A stretch of DNA of 61,985 nt, the filler included, from Streblomastix strix (lineage: Eukaryota): the NCBI GenBank assembly GCA_008636045.1. It is 4 parts of 4 records of this genome, joined end to end, with 100 filler letters (N's around TTAATTAATTAA, not from the genome) between each part and the next. Parts side by side here need not be neighbours in the genome. Positions count along the whole stretch, not along the records: positions 46,573 to 61,985 come from SNRW01000988.1; 3 more parts are not named here. The stretch is one strand, 5' to 3'. The notes below the pieces were generated by a model, which was given only the letters and a program-made list of their open reading frames with translations, had not been told where the DNA came from and made no database searches. Of the stretch, positions 54,198-61,985 are shown piece by piece; the stretch's first letter is position 1; each line of letters opens with the position of its first letter. The position numbers and the translations under genes were made by a program.

Positions 54198-55214
54198 ATG
54201 ACGAGCATAATTCCTACTATCCTTTTATGTGCGCTGCCTGCGAGTGGGAAGAGCGAAACACGAGCATTCTTGCGTTCTCTCCCACCCGAGAAGACACGTG
54301 AGGAATTTCATTTAGGTTTTCCAACAGTACAGTTAGATGATTATCCATACGTTGAGATCATGAGATTCTTTGATGCAACCTTGCAAGAGCTGGGAGAACC
54401 TCGTGTTTTCTTCTACGGTGAATATTATCCTTTCAAAGACCCTCGCGCATGGCAAGCACTTGTTGAGCTGATAAATGAAGACTTTGCCGATGTAACCGGA
54501 AAGAAGATCGTAGAAACCGACACACCGACACGCTGGATCATCTCACGCATCAATCGCGCCTGCGAATCAAAAGAAATGGGCATGGTTCTCGGTGGTTTAA
54601 AACCAGACATCCTAAACCACCTCAGCTCCAAATACGACAAACACTGCGCCGAGTTCTTGAAAGATAGAAACGCATAAGCAGCAGGTTATACGGACTAAAA
54701 AACAGTCGTTATTGAGTTTGCACGCGGCGGAGGATCAGGAAGCGATCGATATCCAGATTTCTTCCCATTGCCTGAACCTTTTGGGTATCGAGGCTCATTA
54801 CCACATTTCTCGCAATAGATCTTAACAAACTCTGCCGTCCTTTATGTGAAAGTGACACCAGAATAGTCATTCGCCAAAAACCTTAGCAGAGCGCCTCCTC
54901 CTGGTTACTAAGGATCAACTGATATCTTCCACTGCGTGTCTGAAGTTGTGATGAAGTTCGACTACGGATGCGACGATTTCGAGTACCAGCTGAAGCAGAG
55001 CGACAAACCAAGCACTTTCAAAATAATCCCAGTTAATAAATACGCACCAATATATGTCCCTGTTGGAATTCTGGACAACACAGAAGATTTGACGACTTTT
55101 TGCAGATGGGAAGTTGAAACGTGGCCGAAGGAGAGCATTGACAAGATATATGCAGCAATTCGGACCGCTTTCCAGAGCCTTCTGCTTCAATATAAGGCTA
55201 TTCACAACGAGTGA
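54198..55214 (+). CDS. Intronless uncharacterised P-loop NTPase/kinase-like protein (338 aa), bacterial-like
   Basis: Track ORFs 54198-54677 and 54936-55214 join through TAR=Gln. Walker A variant ALPASGKS; QLDDYPYV; VVIEFARGG; VLYVKVTPEQSFAKN; ends in TGA. GC content is visibly higher than the flanks. Confidence 0.9.
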
Positions 55215-55595
55215 ATGTATATGTTTGACTAAAGTGTAGCTATTAATATACAGTTATCAACTTTTTAAGTATGTTTAATAAAAAATACCATATTGATCAT
55301 TGTTTGTTTGTTTATTAATTTAATTTTTACCCTTTTATTTGCTGCAATTCAGAAAAATAGTTTAAAATAAGTAAGATAAAAAAAATAATAATAATAAAAT
55401 ATAAAAGATAGAAAAAATATTAAAAGAGATAAAAAATAGATGGAAATTAGATACAAAATTATAAAAATCATCTTCATGTTATAAAGTTGTATTCATTTTC
55501 TTTGTATTTTTTTCATCGTTTTCATCTTCATTTCTTCATTTCTTTCCATTTTCATCTAAATTTCTTCATTTCTTTCCATTTTCATCTTAATTTCT

Positions 55596-58500
55596 TCATT
55601 TCTGTTTTAATTTTATTGGTTTCCCAACGGTGATCGCAGGCGGCGAAATGGATTGATTCATGTAATTAGTCTACTCAAATATTTTAACTTAAGTTTCTCT
55701 GAGTTTAGAAGTCGTATTCGGTGATTGAATGTGGTCGTATGAATTCGTATGTTTGGATTATTGATTATTCAGACTTTATGTTTTCTTGGCTTGCTGTTAA
55801 TTTATGGGGAAAATTTGTTCGGAGATTATCTTCTTGTTTTATTGTGTTTGATTCTGGAAAATACCAGCAGAAAGAGTAGGTGCTGGAAAAGTAGTTCTAT
55901 AGACATGGTTAATATTATTAGTAGTATTATTCATATTAAAAGCACCACCAATAAAATAATTACTATTATTCCCTATATTATAATTTGTCCCACTACTATT
56001 ACTAACATTGTTACTACTACTGCTATTACTGACAGCGCCATATTAGCTGCTGTAATTAACGCTTGTCGCATCCGCACCGTCCCAGATTAATCCATCTCTG
56101 TCATAGATATCATAATTGCGTGGCTGGGGCCTGCTGGCTATTATCTGCGGTGTCCTTTTTGGTGGGACGGGCGCATTTGCAGTCTGTTGGAGCTGCGAAG
56201 CTAGAGCGATGCCGCCAAAAGACGCTCCTAGTGATAATGATGGGGAAATTGAATTGGCGATTTGAGGTTGGTTATGATATTGGTTCTAGGCTTGATCTAA
56301 GATAGTGACTGGTTTGAGTGATTGTAATGATTGAGATTTCGTATATGTATGAGTACATTGAGTATGTGTGGTAGTATTTGGTTGTTAATGAGGAGATTAT
56401 TATTATGATGATGATGATGAAGAATTTTGTTCTGTTTCAACAGGAAATGTAATTAGTGGGCTTGAAGGGCAGTTGTAATTGGATGTTGTGATCTATCTGC
56501 TGGAGTCACTACTAATCAAATATTCATTATTATTATTATTGTTATTATTGTTGTTGTTATTACTACTGATATTGAATCCATAATCTTATGCTTCTGAATT
56601 TTGGAAGTTATTTGATACCATATCTTTATTTGTATTAGTTAATGGAAGTTGCGGTGTGTAAAAAGGTTTCTTTAATACTTTTCTGGGTAATTTCTGCAGA
56701 CTTCTGTTCCTAACAAGAACAATCTTTGATCCACCAAGCAAACTGTCCTGTCTTTATATCATGAAGTAACTCAGCTTCTTCTTATTATAAGCACGATCGG
56801 TCTGTGATGCAAATTAATTGACCCCATAACTCATGCTGTTATTCATACGTTTATTATTATAGTTGATATTATTATTATAGCTGTTATTATTATTATAGTT
56901 ATTATTATTAGAGTAGTAATTCGGTTATACTATCAGTGGTTTTTGAGGCGGAAAAGTATTTCGATTGAAAGTATATGGTTTTCTAAGATAAGAAGATGCA
57001 TCTTTTTCCCTCGCTGATACAGATTCACTTTAATAAGGCATCGTTTTTATCAATTTTTGAGGAGTTTGGTGATTAAATGAACTGGCAAGTGGTTCTAAAT
57101 GAGGGAACTGCTACAGAACAACTTGATGCGATGGAAAATTAGTTTGGTCTTAATTACTATTTAAATTATAATTCGAATCTTCTAACTCAGAACTATGTTC
57201 TTATTCTTATTCATAATCTTATTCTTATTAGTTTTCATTTAGCCTAAATCTTTCTTTCTATCTTTCTTTTTCTATATTTAAGCTTTATGATAAGATTCTT
57301 TTGTCAGAATAACTGTAAGAATGTGTGTGGTGAAAACGAGATGCAAAATTTCGTTATTTATTATTTGCAATATTTCTGGGAGAATTAGAATTTAAATTAT
57401 TGTTAATATTTGCGTTATTATCGTTGTATGATTATGAAGATGATTATTATTAAGATGATTAATACTATGAAAATTAAAGTTATTAAGAAGGAAGAACCTC
57501 TATATTAGAATTAGAATTATAAAAGGGTAAAATAACCGAATCATCAATCTAACGCCTTGACTGATCATCCGATTAAAATTAAACCTAAAATTATTATTAT
57601 TATTATTAACTATTTAAACCTAAAGAAAATATTTACTCCGAAGGCTAAAAATAAATTCCTTCAGTCGTAAAATTTTTAAAATTTTCAGCCTTGGGCTGGT
57701 CAGCTTAATTACGGCCTGGCTGATTGGCCTTTTTAGATGAAGTATTATTATTAGATGAGAATTATTGTGATGAAGAAGAAGATGCTGCAGTTGTATAGTT
57801 TGATGAGGTACTGGTTTATGGAGCTTGAGCCAGAACTGTGATTTTCGTTTATGGTTTTGGAGGTGTCGCTACATGTGATGTGGAAAAGGGCGAAGTAGTT
57901 GCATTAGAAGAATTGTGCTATTAGGATGTTTGCTGGATAACTTATTTAGGAGAATTCTTAGGTCGAGATCGATTAGTAGTGACGTTTAACGGAGAAGAGA
58001 TTGGTGATATTGTTGAAGATGATGACGCTGATGAACTTGTTGTTGTTGGGCTGCTTGATTACTGCACCATATTGTTCTATATAACTGTTGTAGGTGAATT
58101 AGCATCCCTTGCAGAAGTGCTATTTGTGGTACCTGAACCAACAACACCAATACTCGAAGCTAATTACCCTACATTACTTCCTTATTTGTTGACCTGCATA
58201 ACAATCCTCTTTCTTTCAGTGCCTTGTGGAGATGTGCCAGTATTATTACCAGGCGATCTTGAGTTTGATGGATAAACTTGAGATGTTGGAGATCCTTATA
58301 AAACTGGTGAACTTGTCTGAAGAGGTTAAATTAAGTACTAATTTTGATTATTAGGTGATTGCATAACGGAAGGTGACTTGTTTTGAGAAGTGCTAAGCTC
58401 GTTTGATTGCGAAGGAGTTGATGCTACAATTTGACGAGTTGGTGTTTAAGTTGATGCAGCATTTTTTTATGATTATGGTGCTCTTAATGAACTACTGCCT

Positions 58501-61500
58501 GAATTATACGACAAATTACTACTACTACCTGAACCTTAATGTGCATTCTATATAGCCTGTTTTATAGTACTTGACGTGAGCGAAGATGATAAAATGCTTG
58601 TCTGTGACGAATTCTGAGTATGCTGCTGTTATTGCGCCTTATTGTTTGTTTTCGCTGATCCTTGTGGCGAAACCGACAACTTCTGTCTCTATTTCCCAGA
58701 TGGACTGTTAGTATTCATCTTATTCTTCAAGCTTGATTGCAGCGAGTTCTGATTATTAAAGAGAAGCAACTTACTCCCAGATGGAGATTTGTTTAAACCA
58801 GGCGATTTTGTCTGACTGGGAGATTTTCCTAATGAAGTTTGCGAGTTTTTGTGCAAACCGGGACTTTTGTTCAGTCCAGGTGATAAAGAGAGACCTGGGC
58901 TCTTGGTTCTGCCTCCAGATGGGGACTTGGTTGGCTGTTTGGGGTTTAATAAGATATTTGATTAATTCTATTATTAATTTGATTAATTTTACGGTTGTAT
59001 TGGAGATGTTTTACTTGATTACGGTGGAGTCATCTATTATTATGGTTCGTTCGATTTCTGTGGTGTCGGTCTCAGTGCATATAAAGGCGATGTAGTTCGA
59101 TTGATCCCTGAAAGACCTGGAAGATTGGCATATTGGATACCTGCCTGACCAGCAGATTAACCCGAATTATTTTATTTGGGAGAAGTCGCTTTATTTATGA
59201 ACTATATTTAAGCCTAAACTGGACTAATATGGTAACTCTAATTCTAAGTTTAACCACCAACATTAATAGGCGATTGAAACATAATCGCTGGGATTGTCCT
59301 ATAAACAGGTTTTGGTGAATGGATCGGTGATTAGATTGGCGATTGTATAGGTGAAGGATCTGATGGTAATGGAGATATGATTTTCATTGGTGTCGTTGGT
59401 TTTTAGTTATTTGAGCTCAGTTGTGCGAGTTGTTGCTGTGCTTATACAAGGGGTTCTGGTATAACTGGAATAGCAGCTGGCTGTTATTGTTACTTGGAGA
59501 AGAGCAATTTGGGACCTTTTGGAGTAACGTTGGCTACATTTGGAACTGGGAGTGAAAAGATCTGCTGTCTTTCTATTGGAGATGGAGAGGTTTGTTTTTC
59601 ACGGTCTGTTTCGATATCGTACGCTTCTTGGATTTCAAATTGGATTTCTTTTTCTTTTTCTTTTATTTTTTCTTTATCTTTATTTGAATCAACTTATTAA
59701 TTGTTATCTTTATTTACAACAGGTGTATTTACAACATTATCTACTGGTGCATTCTTATCCAATAAAATATTCTGTTTAGGCTAGAACATTAGCTTATCTG
59801 TCCGATTTGATAACTGAGGTAGTGCAGAATCATCAACAGTACCCGTTGGTTTCTAATTACTGTTATTCAAAATTGATTATAATTATTGATCAACAAAACC
59901 AACCGCTTCTGAATTCGTAGCACCGCCTTCAGTTTCACTTGGTTTTTCGATTGGAATTTTCTTCATCTGAAAAGTGTTCGATCTCTTAAACCTGAACTAA
60001 GGCGGCATATTCGGATTCTACGTTCCCTTTTTCATAGTATTCGAGTGACTATGCACTTAAACAGGTGAATTAATTGCATCATCACTTGTATTTATATTTG
60101 GGCTTCCTGGACTCAGGATCTAAGCGCTCATCATACCAAGCAGAACAGATGATTGATCTTCGGCTTATGTCAACATATTTTCCATCTCGCGCTCATCTTT
60201 CTCTTCTTTTTCTTTCAACTGAAGCTCTTCTTTTTCTAATCGTGCGAGTTTTTCTTCTTCTGTTTCTTATACAGGGATTTGTGGTGATTGTTGAATATTT
60301 GATTGTTGTTGTTATTACTGATTATCTTTGTTTTGATTGGATTGATCATCTGCTTGTCCAATTTGGAACTGTCCTAGATTCGATTTCTTATTAAAATTGG
60401 AGAAAAGGAAACTTATTCCAGGTTTTGCTGGTGGTGATCCTCCAGTATTATTTGCAGAGTGTTGTTATCCAATTAACGGTTATTTAAATTTTGAAGCTAG
60501 GCTTGGATCATTTATTTATAATAAGGGTGAGTTTGCTTGCCCTTAATACGAATTAGATGAAGTAACAGGGCTAGTTTAATTTTATTACTATAGAATTTAT
60601 TATTACTATTGCAGTAACAATTGTGGGTTCGCCTACTATTACTATTACTATTACTATTGCCCACCGCCTTAATTCACAACTGGCGCGTAAGTCCTGATCT
60701 ATCTCGCAGTAGACTTGCTCGTATTGACCTGAACGACCGATTTCCTTCTAATGCCACTCTACTGTGCCCAAGTATTGCCACCTCCCAACTTGTCATTAGT
60801 CCCATTAGCTAGCTTCATGAACTCAATTGGCATATCTTCTCCGTCTTCTTCATCATCATAATCGTCGTCACTCATAAGATCTGGCGTCACTGCGGAATCT
60901 ATGGATGACATCGGGGATTTGGATGGCATCGGAGATTTGAATGGTTATTGTTATGGAGATTATTATTAATTATTAGATTATTATTTTGGTGATGCTGCTT
61001 ATACAGGCTCGGGTTTTTGGATCAGAAGTTGCTGTATTTGTTGGGGTTGCGATGTATTGATTGATTTTGGTTTCTAAAATAGAGTTGTTACTTTTGGTTA
61101 AACTTAAATTTAAGGTTATTCTTTGATTTTATCTTTATCTTAACTATCTTATATAGTGACTTTGTCTTATTAATTGGTAATTTCTTATTCTTTTACCTAT
61201 TCTTTAGGTTTCGGCTTCTAAAACATCAGCATTTTACCTGGTTTATCAACTTTCTCATTTTTCTCAACTTTGTCAGTCTTTTCTGCTATTTAATTATTAA
61301 TATTCGCATTAGTATTATTCACAGCATTAACATTCACTCTATCAAGAGTACCAGTGCTCTCATTCTATTCTTTATCAGCTTCTTCTCCTTCTTATTTCGT
61401 ACTTGAAATAGCCAGATTCTATTTCCCCGATTTATTCAATTTCGTATCTCTTCTTTATTTCGTATTTCTTCTGTGGTGTACAAACTTCCTATCATACAAT

Positions 61501-61985
61501 GACTATGGTATTTATCCATCTATGGGTTGCCCAATAAGTTAGTAAAGCGCTTATGTCACACTTGGAGGCAAAAACTTGTTGTTAGCGATGGTGTATTTCA
61601 TGTCGTCTTGGACAGTTACATATTCGTCATCATCAAGGATATCATCTACTAGAGATTTAGTTTCATCTTTCAATGTTAGCAGGTTTGCTCTTGAACCTGT
61701 TGTATTTGATTTCCTTTTGTAGAATAAATCGTGTGATCTTCCACGAAGTGAGCAAGTTTTCTGTTCTTAGTTTATCCACCAGAATAAATCTTTGGAATTT
61801 TAAGAATCTGATTATTTCTGGTTTAGGATTATATTCAGATTTTAAATTGTATTACTGCTGAGTGTATCAAAACTATTTTCTTGACTCGAAAGTGAACTAC
61901 TTGATCCAACTCTTGGCAAAGTCTTGCTTTAATTCGGATTCGCTTTATTTTTCTCATCAATCATTTTCTACTTCAACTCGTCATA
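55596..61985 (-). CDS. Very large Q/S/P/N-rich low-complexity protein (>2100 aa, N-terminus beyond contig end)
   Basis: The same minus frame reads cleanly in code 6 at every spot checked (61985 YDELKQKMIDEK; ~60200 RRRKTRTIRKRR; ~57980 PISSPLNVTTNRSRP; ~55620 PPAITVGKPIKLKQK*). TGA at 55596-55598. Many SP/TP motifs and poly-Q/N tracts. Confidence 0.82.

Noticed and set aside
55749..61861. Numerous + strand ORFs in the supplied track
   Set aside because: Antisense shadows of the long minus-strand low-complexity gene.

Overview
AT-rich eukaryotic DNA using the TAA/TAG=Gln code (translation table 6; only TGA stops) with GT-AG introns. The supplied standard-code ORF track is therefore mostly fragments or antisense shadows. 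Code, intron density, giant GGAIY-repeat surface protein and Maverick-type genes fit an oxymonad such as Streblomastix strix (inference). The window is four unlinked, size-sorted contigs (15433, 15425, 15414, 15413 bp) joined by artificial N-TTAATTAATTAA-N linkers. Contig 1: a >5000-aa single-pass membrane beta-helix/GGAIY-repeat protein. Contig 2: pogo and hAT transposase relics, a PHO80-like cyclin, a probably catalytically dead GPI-anchored papain-like protein, and an intron-rich cullin. Contig 3: a decaying Maverick/Polinton-like endogenous virus (pPolB tail, two oppositely oriented integrase + AT-hook modules, primase-polymerase/SF3 helicase, HNH nuclease, fibre-like gene) with iteron-like repeats, then a host RRM gene. 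Contig 4: hAT relic, DIRS/Crypton-type tyrosine recombinase pseudogene, an intronless bacterial-like P-loop NTPase, and a >2100-aa low-complexity protein. Most notable: an intact 98-aa ORF resembling the helicase C-terminal domain sits between inverted iteron-like arrays. All translations were done by eye; no database searches were run.
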